Shown here: in pieces, positions 40,523-50,655 of the stretch
How positions within the stretch are numbered: the first letter of the stretch is position 1
Layout: each line of letters starts with the position of its first letter
Translations under genes and position numbers: made by a program
Origin: Gemmatimonadota bacterium
GTDB lineage: Bacteria; Gemmatimonadota; Gemmatimonadetes; Longimicrobiales; RSA9
Direction: 5' to 3'
Length of the DNA: 64,000 nt
Assembly: GCA_040905425.1 (NCBI GenBank)
Contig: JBBDRO010000106.1
Span: 5,717-69,716, forward strand
The notes under the pieces: generated by a model
The model's input: only the letters and a program-made list of their open reading frames with translations
Told to the model about the DNA's origin: nothing
The model's database searches: none

Positions 40523-41815
40523 CTACTCCTTCTCCAGGGCGTAGACGCGGACGTACTCCACGTCGAATTCGTCGCGATACATGCCCAGGACGTGATCCTG
40601 CCCGATTTCGAAGACGGTGAAGTCAGCAGGCGTGGTGACCTCCCCTAGCCATCTGCCGTCCGGGTCGACGACCGACCAGGTGGACGGCCCGTCGTACGTG
40701 GGTCTGTGGTGGGTGGTGGTGGCACCATGGCTCACCTCGAAATGGCGCAGCCACACGTTGCCCGCACGGTCGCTGACGAGCCTGGAAAACCGCGGCAGCG
40801 TATCGGCGAACGTCCTGCCGCGCGCAATGTCCTCGCGCAGGGGTGGCACCGAGTGCCTTACGTAGTCGTCGACCATGCCCTCGGTTGCCGCTTGCCCTGG
40901 CCAGGCGCGGCGCGTCAACCGTTCCAGCCGACCCTCGGGATGGTACCAGCGGACCTCGCCCTCCCTCGAAAGGCCCACGATGAGGCTCCGACCGTCGGTC
41001 CCGGCGTACGTGGTGGCGCCGAACACCGCCGGCAGGATCAGGTTCATCGGGTGCGGATGGTAGGCGGGGCCCTCGAGGCTGACCAATTCATTCAGAACGG
41101 CACCATCGCGCCCGAAACGGGAGAAGGTCAACGTCAGCGTGTCCGCTTGCTCGAACCGGCGCTCGGCGGTGACCGCCAGTCGGGAGGCTTCCCAGCCGAT
41201 GAACGTGCCGTCCTCCAGCCAGCCCACGACGCGGATGCCGGTGGGCGGGTTCAGCTGAAAGGTGATGGGATCCACGGATGGCAGCGGCATGGAGCCCGTT
41301 GCGATCACGTCCCGATAGGTGCCGTCCGACCCGTACATGTGCAGGCGTTCCAGGAGGTCGTAAACGGCAATGCCATCATCGGGCAGGCGGTGAAGGCCCA
41401 TCACCTGGCGGAACTCGCCCGGGCCTTCCCCCCGCGAGCCCACCGACATCAGGTGCTGGCCGTCGGGATCGAAGAAGCGCAATTCGGAGGCGCCCATGTC
41501 CGCCACCACGATGCGCCCGTCGGAAAGCGTGACCGCACCCATGATCCGGTCGAAGAGGTACGCCGGCTCCCCGTCCATGGCGCCGATCTGGACCGTGGGC
41601 GGCTCCACCAGCCGCCAGCTTTTGTCGGCGGTCCAGGCGGGTGCCTCGTTCTGAACTATCCGTACGCCGGCGCTATCGGTGATGACCACGCCCGGGTCGG
41701 CCGGCCGAACCAGATCGCACGCCCCGATCCAGAGAAATGCCCCGAGAAGGGCCAGCCAGGCACCCGAACCGCATGCTGTGCGTCGGATGTCAATGCCCAC
41801 CCGTGGTGTCCTCAT
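40523..41815 (-). CDS. 6-bladed beta-propeller lipoprotein
   Basis: IGAC lipobox, DSAGVRIVQN, GSRGEGPGEF, RDEFDVEYVRVY. Confidence 0.85.
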   Translation of the reverse strand: MRTPRVGIDIRRTACGSGAWLALLGAFLWIGACDLVRPADPGVVITDSAGVRIVQNEAPAWTADKSWRLVEPPTVQIGAMDGEPAYLFDRIMGAVTLSDGRIVVADMGASELRFFDPDGQHLMSVGSRGEGPGEFRQVMGLHRLPDDGIAVYDLLERLHMYGSDGTYRDVIATGSMPLPSVDPITFQLNPPTGIRVVGWLEDGTFIGWEASRLAVTAERRFEQADTLTLTFSRFGRDGAVLNELVSLEGPAYHPHPMNLILPAVFGATTYAGTDGRSLIVGLSREGEVRWYHPEGRLERLTRRAWPGQAATEGMVDDYVRHSVPPLREDIARGRTFADTLPRFSRLVSDRAGNVWLRHFEVSHGATTTHHRPTYDGPSTWSVVDPDGRWLGEVTTPADFTVFEIGQDHVLGMYRDEFDVEYVRVYALEKE

Positions 41816-41828
41816 CACCGCGTGGTGA

Positions 41829-42923
41829 TCACGATGGCGAGCGATGGTAGCGATGGACGTGCACGTGCTCCACGTCCAGTTCGTCACGCCAGATGCCGGC
41901 GATCAGCTCGCCCCTGATGCTGAGCGGTTGAAAGCCCGGCGGCATGGCCACCTCGGCCAACAGGCCGCCAGCGCCATCGAAAACCGACCATGCCTGCGCA
42001 GCCGCGGGGTCCGTGGGATAGGCTCCCACCCAGATGTTCCCGGCGTCATCGATGACGAGCCCCCCCACCGCCGGAAAATGGGTGGGAGCGGGCATCCGTG
42101 CCTGCGCGCCCGTGCGGCTTCCGGGGTCCGGATCGGGGATAGCCACCGGCTCGTGAGGGCGGCGGAGCGTGCGCTCCGCGCCGGTGTCCAGGTCGTAGAC
42201 ACGCAGGGTGAACGTCTCCCCGTCGGCCACGTAGACGGTCCGATCCCGCACCGCGATGTAGGTCTTCTTGAGGTGCGGTGGGTTGAGCAGGACCCCCTCC
42301 ATGACCGCCCGCTCGTCCCCCACCACGGTGCCGATCGTGTCGAGTGGTGTACCGGCCGGATTGTAGACGCCGATCTGGTGGGTGGGGCGGACGAGCCCGC
42401 TGCCGTCACGGGGGGTGGCGGCGAGCGCGGAGGTTCGCCTGGCCAGGAGGGTGCCGTCATCGAGGATGGCCAGGAGCTCCGGCACCCCGAGGCCGCGCTC
42501 CCCCGGCTCGAGGGCCAGCGTGCGTGCGAAGCCGTCGTGGATGGAGAAGATCGTGGCGCGGCGGAGTGCGCGGTCGTAGGCCACGATGGAATCCGGTGCG
42601 CGTTCCTGGATCCATGCGATCGCGCGAAACTCCCCCGGACCCCCGCCGGAGGCGCCGAAGATGGTGTCCACCTGGCCTGAGCGGCTGAGCACCACGATAC
42701 GCTGCGCCCCGTCCGCCACCACCAGGTGACCGCTGGAAGTCAGCAGCGCGCCCACCACACGATCCAGCGGCAGTTCGCCGCCGCCGACGCGCGTGAGCGG
42801 CGCCGGATCCACTGCCCACTCCTGCGCCGCGAGCGCCGGCGTCGCGGCGACGGTGTGCAGCAGTATGGCGAGGGCCGCGCCCGCCGTGGCGGGAATGCTC
42901 CTGCCGCGGCGGGAGATGCCCAC
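41829..42923 (-). CDS. 6-bladed beta-propeller exported protein
   Basis: Signal peptide, GASGGGPGEF, RDELDVEHVHVH. Confidence 0.82.
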   Translation of the reverse strand: MGISRRGRSIPATAGAALAILLHTVAATPALAAQEWAVDPAPLTRVGGGELPLDRVVGALLTSSGHLVVADGAQRIVVLSRSGQVDTIFGASGGGPGEFRAIAWIQERAPDSIVAYDRALRRATIFSIHDGFARTLALEPGERGLGVPELLAILDDGTLLARRTSALAATPRDGSGLVRPTHQIGVYNPAGTPLDTIGTVVGDERAVMEGVLLNPPHLKKTYIAVRDRTVYVADGETFTLRVYDLDTGAERTLRRPHEPVAIPDPDPGSRTGAQARMPAPTHFPAVGGLVIDDAGNIWVGAYPTDPAAAQAWSVFDGAGGLLAEVAMPPGFQPLSIRGELIAGIWRDELDVEHVHVHRYHRSPS

Positions 42924-44515
42924 TACCGCTTCGTGGTGACGACGATCACGCCGGCCGCCGCACGGGTGCCGTACAGGGCCCGCGCCGCGGCGCCCTTCAC
43001 GATCTCCACGTCGGCGATGTCCAGCGCCTCGAGATTGGTGTCCCCGGACACGATGACGCCGTCCACGATGATCATCGGCTGTCGCTCGGTGGTGACCGGC
43101 TCACCGACGGGCGGCCGCGGACGCAGCACCGGACGATCCTCGAATCGCTCGGGCGAGGCGCCCGTGGTGATGTTGATGACGCCCGCGCTCGCGCGCGAGC
43201 CGTAGAGGGAGCGGGCGGCGTCTCCCTTGATGATCTCGACGCTGGTGATGTCCAGCGCCTCCAGGTCCACGCGGAGCGGCCGGGCCATGATGACGCCGTC
43301 CACGATGATCATGGGTTCGGGCTCCTGGCTGGTCAGATCCTGCGCCTGGCGCAGGACCAGCTGGGCGTGCCCCAGGGTCATCGTCGTTCCCTTCCGGACG
43401 AGTGTCACGTCCGGTTGGTCGCCGAGCTCCACGGACTCCACGAGCACACGGTCCTGGCGCGTGTCGCCGGTCAGCGCGTCCGTGACGGGGCCCTCAGGCC
43501 CACGGTCTTCCCGTACACCGTCCGTCACGGCATCCCCGGTCTCCGCGATGCCGGCGTCCGTCACGGCGCTCGCCGGCTCGGGCGTGGGACCCAGATTGAC
43601 GGGCGAGCGCGCCTCGCAGGCCGCCAGCAGCAGGGCGGCGGCGGCGCAGGCGGCCAGGGCGGAGCGGAGCGGGGCGGCGGTCCGGGGTGTGGTCATGGCT
43701 CGAATCCTCGTCTCGAGTGTGCTCCTCGGATGGAGCAGGGCGGGTACGGCCAGCGGCAGGTCGTCCTCGCCGGCGGTGGTGCGGATCAGCAGTTCGGCAT
43801 AGGCACGGCGGTCGGCACCGCCGCGGAGGACGCGCGCGTCACAGTCCAGCTCCACAGCGGCGCGCAGGCGCCGGAGCGCCCACCAGGCGGCGGGGCTGAA
43901 GGGGAGCGCGGCCACGTAGGCCGCGCCCGCCGCCAGCAGCAGTGGGTCGCGGGCGCGGACGTGCTCCGCCTCGTGCGCCAGGGCCAGGCGGAGGGACGTC
44001 CCCCCGGTGGCAGCCAGGCGGGACGGTATGATCACGGCCGGCCGGAGCAGGCCCAGCACGGCGGGGCCGAAGCCGTCACTCAGGCGCACGCGCATGCCCT
44101 CCATCTCCGCGGCCGGCCAGGCCCGCCCGCGCCGCACGAGCCGCAGGTAGACGCTGGCGAAGGCCACGGCCAGGAGCAGCCCCGCCGCCAGCCAGAGCGC
44201 GCCGAGGGCGGGCTCGAGCCAGAGGGACGGATGGTACGCGGGGAGGGTCGGCGGGGACGTCGCTTGCATGCCAGTGAGGGAGAGGGGCGTGCCCTCCAGC
44301 GGCATCCCCGTGGCGGTGCCGGCGCGCGGCAGGAGCGTGCCGAGGCTCGGCAGCCGGGCGGCCACGAGCGGTACGAGCACGGTGCCGAGCATGGCGGCCG
44401 CCCATGGCCAGCGGCCGGGCAGCCCGCGGGAGCGCAGGACGGCTTCCGCGGCCCACGCGGCCAGTGCCAGCAGCGTGGAGACGAGCGCCAGGTAGAGCAT
44501 CCAGTCGGCGATCAT
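42923..44515 (-). CDS. BlaR1-like M56 metallopeptidase fused to two TonB-dependent receptor plug repeats
   Basis: GPAVLGLLRP, HEAEH, ELDCD; two IIVDGV...DIxxVEIxKGxAARxLYGxRAxAGVIxxTT repeats. Confidence 0.9.
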   Translation of the reverse strand: MIADWMLYLALVSTLLALAAWAAEAVLRSRGLPGRWPWAAAMLGTVLVPLVAARLPSLGTLLPRAGTATGMPLEGTPLSLTGMQATSPPTLPAYHPSLWLEPALGALWLAAGLLLAVAFASVYLRLVRRGRAWPAAEMEGMRVRLSDGFGPAVLGLLRPAVIIPSRLAATGGTSLRLALAHEAEHVRARDPLLLAAGAAYVAALPFSPAAWWALRRLRAAVELDCDARVLRGGADRRAYAELLIRTTAGEDDLPLAVPALLHPRSTLETRIRAMTTPRTAAPLRSALAACAAAALLLAACEARSPVNLGPTPEPASAVTDAGIAETGDAVTDGVREDRGPEGPVTDALTGDTRQDRVLVESVELGDQPDVTLVRKGTTMTLGHAQLVLRQAQDLTSQEPEPMIIVDGVIMARPLRVDLEALDITSVEIIKGDAARSLYGSRASAGVINITTGASPERFEDRPVLRPRPPVGEPVTTERQPMIIVDGVIVSGDTNLEALDIADVEIVKGAAARALYGTRAAAGVIVVTTKR

Positions 44516-44883
44516 GCCTCCCCCTCGCCGAGCTCGCGCTCGATCAGGTCACGGATGCGGCGCAGCTCCTCATCGGGCAGGCGGCGCTCCTGGACGAGCT
44601 GCGCCACCAGCAGCGAGGCCGAGCCCTGGAAGATCTTGTCCACGATCCGGCCCACCGCCGTCTCGCCCGCGGCCTCCGACTCCACGAGCGGGTGGTAGCG
44701 GTAGGCGCGGCCCTCGCGCTCGTGGCCCACGGCGCCCTTCTGCTCGAGCGTCTGCAGGGCGGAGAGCACGGAGGTGTAGGCCAGGTCCTCCCCCAGTGCG
44801 TCGCGCACCTCGTTCACGGTGGAGGGGCCGCTGCGCCAGAGGATGGACATGACGTCGAGTTCGCGATCGGTGAAGCGGGCCAT
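44512..44883 (-). CDS. BlaI/MecI/CopY-family repressor
   Basis: RELDVMSILW, LAYTSVLSALQTLEQKG, FQGSASLLV; GGAGG RBS. Confidence 0.93.
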   Translation of the reverse strand: MARFTDRELDVMSILWRSGPSTVNEVRDALGEDLAYTSVLSALQTLEQKGAVGHEREGRAYRYHPLVESEAAGETAVGRIVDKIFQGSASLLVAQLVQERRLPDEELRRIRDLIERELGEGEA

Positions 44884-44918
44884 GTGCGGTTTCCCTCCGG
44901 GGCGTGGGCGTCAATGTG

Positions 44919-44963
44919 CTACGGATGATTCAGTAGATAACACCGGCGTGGTGGGGTTGTCAA
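44919..44963 (-). promoter_or_regulatory. Sigma70-type promoter with overlapping BlaI-type palindromic operator
   Basis: Perfect -35 TTGACA (44958-44963, minus strand); weak -10 TTATCT after a 17-bp spacer; palindrome CTACnGA-N4-TCnGTAG at 44919-44936. Confidence 0.7.
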
Positions 44964-44997
44964 CTGGAAGGGCAGTAGCGAGCGGCCCGGCGCGCGG

Positions 44998-47280
44998 CTA
45001 CTCCAGCCCCACGCCCAGCCACGCGTTCGTGCGCACCGCGTGCGCCTCCGCCGCATCCTGCCGACCATCGGCGGCGTAGGCGTTGGCCAGGGCAAAGTGG
45101 AGCGCCCCGTACTGGAAGAGGATCGAGCGCGTAGCGGCGTCCGGCCACACGGCTGTGCGCTCCGGCAGCTCGAGCGCCGCGAAGTCCTGCATGAGGCGCT
45201 CGCTCAGGGGCACGTTGATCCACGTGCCGGTGAGGCTGCCGAGGGTGTTCGGCGGCACCGGGCGCAGCGCGGCGTCCGGGATCACCGGCCCGTCGTTCAG
45301 GCGGAAGGCCAGCCCCTCGCGCACCATGTAGGCGCGGAGATCGAAGAGCTCGGTGGAGACGGGCGGCGCCGACCAGCGCAGCGCCCGCCCGCTCGCCACC
45401 GACTGGCGGATCATGGCTACCAGGAAGGTGTCGGAGGGCGCGATCACGCTGCCGCCGGGGACCACCGTCTGGATCGCGCCGAGGCGCAGGGGCGTCGGTT
45501 CCTGCACGTAGAAGGCGCCCGCCGCCGCGCTTGCAATCTCCTCGTCCGTGAGGGGCAGGATGGAGTCACCAGGCGGGTTTGCCGCCAGCGGGTGGGTGCG
45601 CCACACCTCCGCGGCGGTGTCCGGCTCGAAGGGCCGCTGGCAGACGATCACCGAGGGGGTGGCCAGGGGGTCCACGCCGGCGGGGCAGGGGCTGGTCAGC
45701 TCGCGCACCTGGCGCGCGTACCACGGCGTGGAAAGGTAGGGGAGCACCACCACCTGCACGTCGCGCCGCACGCCCTCCACCTCCTGCACGTACCACAGTG
45801 GAAAGGTGTCATTGTCCCCGTTCGTGACCAGCACGCCGTAGGGCGGCACGCTGTTCAGCAGGTCGTGCGCCCAGTCGCGCGCCGCCGTGTCCCCCGCGCG
45901 CGACGCCCAGCCCCAGTTCAGCGCCAGCGGCAGCAGCGCCACCGCCAGCACGGGCGCGGCCAGCCACGCCGGACGCCTGCTGCGCCGCCCGAGCGCTGCG
46001 GTCGCGCGCCGCCACGCCTCCGCCACGCCGAGGCCCGCGCACACGCCCCACAGGGAGAAGGCCGCCATGTAGAAGTAGTCCCGCTCGCGCACCTCCATGG
46101 CCTCGTTGCCGAGCGGCTGCCATTCGGGCGGCACCGGCCAGGAGAAGCCAAAGCGGAAATTCAGGTAAGCGACGAGGCCCAGAGACAGCGTCCCCATGAG
46201 CACCCCAACCAGCACCAGGCCGGCTCCGTCGCGGCGCCCGAGCGCGTGGAGCCCCAGGATGCCCAGCCCCAGGAAGAGCAGCGTGACGAGCGGCCGGAGG
46301 CCGCCGAAAAGCGTATCGTTGCCCGCCACCGAGCGGGCCCACTGCCAGTCGAAGTACTGCGCGAAGTTGCCCAGCTGCGCGGCCATGATCCCCGCGTCGC
46401 GCGGTGCGTCGTGGTCCATACGTGTGCCGGTGAGCGGCGGCGCGGGCGGATACTGTGCGCGCGTCAGCATGTGGCCCAGAGCGGGACACCCGGCATGGCC
46501 GCGCGTGGCCACGGCCATGCCAGCTTCTGTCAGCGACGCGCACGTGGCCTCGCCGGTGTTCATCACGGGGTCCAGCTCGGCCCGTAGCGGCAGCGCCAGG
46601 TAGACGCTCAGCGCCGTGGCCCCGGCCAGCGCCATGGCGCCCAGCGTGCGAGGCGCCAGCAGCGCGCGGGCGTCCACCCGCAGCACGAAGAGCAGCAGCG
46701 CCGGCGCCACGAGCGCCGCCATCAGGTGGTTGGCCACCGAGAGCACCAGCAGGTAGACGCCGAGCACCAGGAGCTTCGGGGAGCGCGTGTCGCGCCAGCG
46801 GAGCGCCAGCCAGGTGAGCAGCGCGATGGTAAGGAGCGCCACCGTGTAGACCTTCTCGTTCACGTTGCTCTGGCTCCACACCGTGAAGGCCGTGGCGCTC
46901 AGCAGCACGGCCGCCCAGGCGCCGGCGCGGCGTACGGCGCGCCGCACGGCGCGGCCACCGGAGCCCTCCGCCAGCAGGCGGTCCGCCACCAGGAACCAGC
47001 AGGCGTGGGCCATGGCGCTCGTGGTGGCCGCGAAGAGGTTCAGGCGCACACCGCCACTCATGCCGGTCCAGCCGAGTGCCACGTCCCAGGCGCGGCCCAG
47101 CAGCACGAACAGGATGCTCCCCGGCGGGTGCGGCACACCCAGGGTGTGGGCCGCCACGATGTACTCGCTGGCGTCCCAGAAGGCGGTCGTGGGCGCCAGC
47201 GTGAGCGCGTATAGAAGGAGGACGGCGGCGCCGGCCAGGGCGGCCTCGAGGTACGGTGGAGCGGGTGCGGGGCGGTCCAT
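44998..47280 (-). CDS. DUF2723/TMEM260-like GT-C membrane glycosyltransferase
   Basis: FWDASEY, GVPHPPG, EKVY, EVRERDYF, TNGDNDTFPLWYVQEVEG; many TM helices. Confidence 0.85.
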   Translation of the reverse strand: MDRPAPAPPYLEAALAGAAVLLLYALTLAPTTAFWDASEYIVAAHTLGVPHPPGSILFVLLGRAWDVALGWTGMSGGVRLNLFAATTSAMAHACWFLVADRLLAEGSGGRAVRRAVRRAGAWAAVLLSATAFTVWSQSNVNEKVYTVALLTIALLTWLALRWRDTRSPKLLVLGVYLLVLSVANHLMAALVAPALLLFVLRVDARALLAPRTLGAMALAGATALSVYLALPLRAELDPVMNTGEATCASLTEAGMAVATRGHAGCPALGHMLTRAQYPPAPPLTGTRMDHDAPRDAGIMAAQLGNFAQYFDWQWARSVAGNDTLFGGLRPLVTLLFLGLGILGLHALGRRDGAGLVLVGVLMGTLSLGLVAYLNFRFGFSWPVPPEWQPLGNEAMEVRERDYFYMAAFSLWGVCAGLGVAEAWRRATAALGRRSRRPAWLAAPVLAVALLPLALNWGWASRAGDTAARDWAHDLLNSVPPYGVLVTNGDNDTFPLWYVQEVEGVRRDVQVVVLPYLSTPWYARQVRELTSPCPAGVDPLATPSVIVCQRPFEPDTAAEVWRTHPLAANPPGDSILPLTDEEIASAAAGAFYVQEPTPLRLGAIQTVVPGGSVIAPSDTFLVAMIRQSVASGRALRWSAPPVSTELFDLRAYMVREGLAFRLNDGPVIPDAALRPVPPNTLGSLTGTWINVPLSERLMQDFAALELPERTAVWPDAATRSILFQYGALHFALANAYAADGRQDAAEAHAVRTNAWLGVGLE

Positions 47281-47475
47281 GGACTCGTCCGGTTCGGGGG
47301 ACCGGGGCGCGAGGATCGCGCGGGCACGTCACCCGCGTACCACGCTCGCGTGGGCATCCCAACCTCTACCTCCGCCGGCCGCGCCGGGTTCCCCCGCCCT
47401 GCTTGCGCGCCGACTGCGCTGCCCGGGTCTCAGCGCGCCGGCGCCAGGCTCCTCGCCCGCTCGCCCGCTCGCCGG

Positions 47476-47505
47476 TTGCCCACCGGCACGCGCCCTGCCT
47501 AGCTT
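47476..47505 (+). promoter_or_regulatory. Putative sigma70 promoter of the molybdoenzyme operon
   Basis: TTGCCC-N18-TAGCTT about 36 bp before the ATG. Confidence 0.4.
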
Positions 47506-47541
47506 TCCCCAGGCGTCATCATCCCTCCAGCCGGCTGCGGC

Positions 47542-48047
<506 letters not shown>

Positions 48048-48051
<4 letters not shown>

Positions 48052-50483
48052 GGCCCGAGGAACTCTCCCCGCGCCAGGCGGAGGGCGCCGCCTCCCCCGA
48101 GCAACTCGAGGCTCTCATGGCCCGGGAATTCGCCGTGGTGGGCCAGCGGGCGCGCAAGGTCGACGGCGCCGGCAAAGTCACCGGCGCTACGGCCTATACG
48201 GATGATATTTCGTTACCATCCATGCTTCACGGCAAGATTCTTCGTTCACCGCACCCTCATGCGCGAATAAAATCCATTAATACCGCAAGGGCGCAGGAAT
48301 TGTCCGGCGTTCACGCGGTCGTGACCGGCCAGGATATGCCCGTGACCTACTGCGTGATCCCCTGGACCCGGGACGAGTACCCGTTGTGCGTGGATCGTGT
48401 GCGTTATATCGGAGACGGCGTGGCGGCGGTGGCGGCGGTGGACGAGGACACAGCGCTCGCGGCGCTCGAACGGATCGAAGTGGACTATGAATTACTCGAA
48501 CCCATATTCGACCCGCACGATGCGCTGAAGGACGGAGCGCCACAGATTCACGAAGCCCGCAAAGCGGGTCGCAACGGTAATATCACAAAGTCCGTGGATC
48601 TGGAATTCGGGGCCGTGAATGACACTATGGCCGACAGTGAAGTAATCATAGACGGTACGTATTATTTCGAGGGCACCACGCATGCTCCCATAGAGCCGCA
48701 CTGTGCCATCGGCCACTATGACCCCACCGGCAAGCTCACAGTATGGTCCTCCACACAGGTGCCGCACTATCTCCATCGTGAGTTGGCGCGAGTGCTGGAC
48801 CTGGATGTGGGGCGGATACGCGTGATTCAGCCGGCCGTGGGCGGCGCCTTCGGCGGCAAGTCGGAGCCCTTCGACCTGGAATTCTGTGTAGCCGCACTGT
48901 CCATGCGCGCCGGCCGTCCTGTGAAGATCCTCTATACACGCGAGGAGGTCTTCTATTCGCACCGCGGCCGGCATCCGATGCACATGCACTATAGACTCGG
49001 CGCCGACCGTGAAGGGCACATCCGGGCCGTGGATGGGAATATATTGATCGATGGTGGTGGCTACGCATCATTCGGCCTCGTCACGGCTTATTATTCGGGA
49101 CAGTTGTTGACGGCGCCATATACGTTCCCAACCTACCGTTTCCGCTCGACCCGCGTCTATACCAACAAGCCCGCGTGCGGGCCCAAGCGGGGACATGGTT
49201 CGGTGCAGCCGCGCTTTGCGTTCGAGGTTCAGCTGGACCGCCTTGCGGAGGAGCTGGGTCTGGACCCGATCGAGCTTCGGCGCCGCAACTTCGTGGGAGA
49301 GAATACGCGCACGGTGAACGAACTCCGGGTCACCTCGAACGGCTTCCTGGCCTGCCTGGACGCGGTCGAGGGGGCCAGCGAATGGAAACAGAAGTTCCGG
49401 AAATTGCCCTATGGCCGTGGTGTGGGGGTGGCGGGTTCGTGTTACATCTCGGGCACGAACTACCCGATCTACCCCAACGACATGCCGCAGGCGGCCATTC
49501 AACTCCAGGCGGAGCGCTCTGGCCGGGTGACCGTGCTGACCGGGGCCTCGGAGATCGGTCAGGGGTCCAACAGCATGGTGGCCTATATCGTGGCGGAGGA
49601 GCTGGGGGTGCCGCTCGAGTACATCCGCGTGCATGCCACCGACACCGACCTGACCCCCGTGGACCTGGGCGCGTACTCGTCCAGGGAAACGTTCATGGTT
49701 GGAAACGCATGTTTGGATGCTGCCAGAAAGTTGCGGGATGTCGTGACCGCGGCGGTTGCGGCGGTGTGGGAGACCAGCGCCTCCAGCGTGGGCCTGGCCG
49801 GGGGCTGGGCCTTCGACACGCGGGACACGGCGCGGCGCATGACCATCGCGGAGGCCTTCCAGGCGGCCGAAGCGCGCTCAGGCACGCTGGGATCGGTGGG
49901 CTGGTACAACACGCCCAAGGACATCCACGGTAGCTACCGCGGCGGTACCATCGGAGCCTCACCGGCCTACTCGTTCACGGCCCATGTGGCGGAGGTGGAG
50001 GTGGATCCCGAGACGGGGTTCGTGAGCGTGGAGCGCATCTGGATTGCTCACGATTGCGGGCGAGCGCTGAATCCGGTCCTGGTGGAGGGGCAGATGGAGG
50101 GCTCTGCCTACATGGGATTCGGTGAGGCGCTCATGGAGCAGCAGGTCTTCAAGAGCGCGGAGGAGGGGAAGGCGGGTTTACACGATTCGCCCTCACTGCT
50201 GGATTACCGGATTCCCACATCTCTGGACACCCCGCTCATGCGCTCCCTGATCGTGGAGAGCCTGGATCCGGAGGGGCCGTACGGGGCCAAGGAGGCCGGT
50301 GAGGGTCCCCTGCATCCGTCCATACCGGCCATCGCCAACGCCATCTTCGATGCGGTGGGCGTGCGCATGGACGCGCTGCCGTTCGCTCCACCGCGCGTCT
50401 GGCACGCGCTGCAGAACGAAGCCGCGCGGGCCAACTGGCAGCGATCGCGAGGTGGCGCACCGGCACATGTGGCGGCGGACTGA
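48048..50483 (+). CDS. Molybdopterin-binding subunit, 4-hydroxybenzoyl-CoA reductase alpha (HcrA)-like
   Basis: RSPHPHARI, GGAFGGK, HRGRHP, YTNKPACGPKRGHG, GAYSSRETFMVGNA, GAKEAGEG. Confidence 0.9.
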
Positions 50484-50655
50484 TGGCGTGGAGCACGCGC
50501 CCGCGGGCGGCGGCAGGCCGACGCTTTCGAGGGCCGGTTCAGCCATTCCTGGGCGGGAGGACTGCGATCAAGACCATAACGGGTACTAGAAGATATCGGC
50601 TTCAGAATTCCATGATAGACGATGATACGTCAGACACGAGCAGAGGTAGCCGCTG

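Noticed and set aside
48200..49140. oriC within the AT-rich coding patch
   Set aside because: No exact TTATCCACA boxes seen and no dnaA/dnaN/gidA context; kept only as a compositional anomaly
50481..50580. Selenocysteine readthrough of the Mo-subunit TGA
   Set aside because: The TGA is at the normal C-terminus, and the continuing frame has no recognisable domain and stops within about 32 codons
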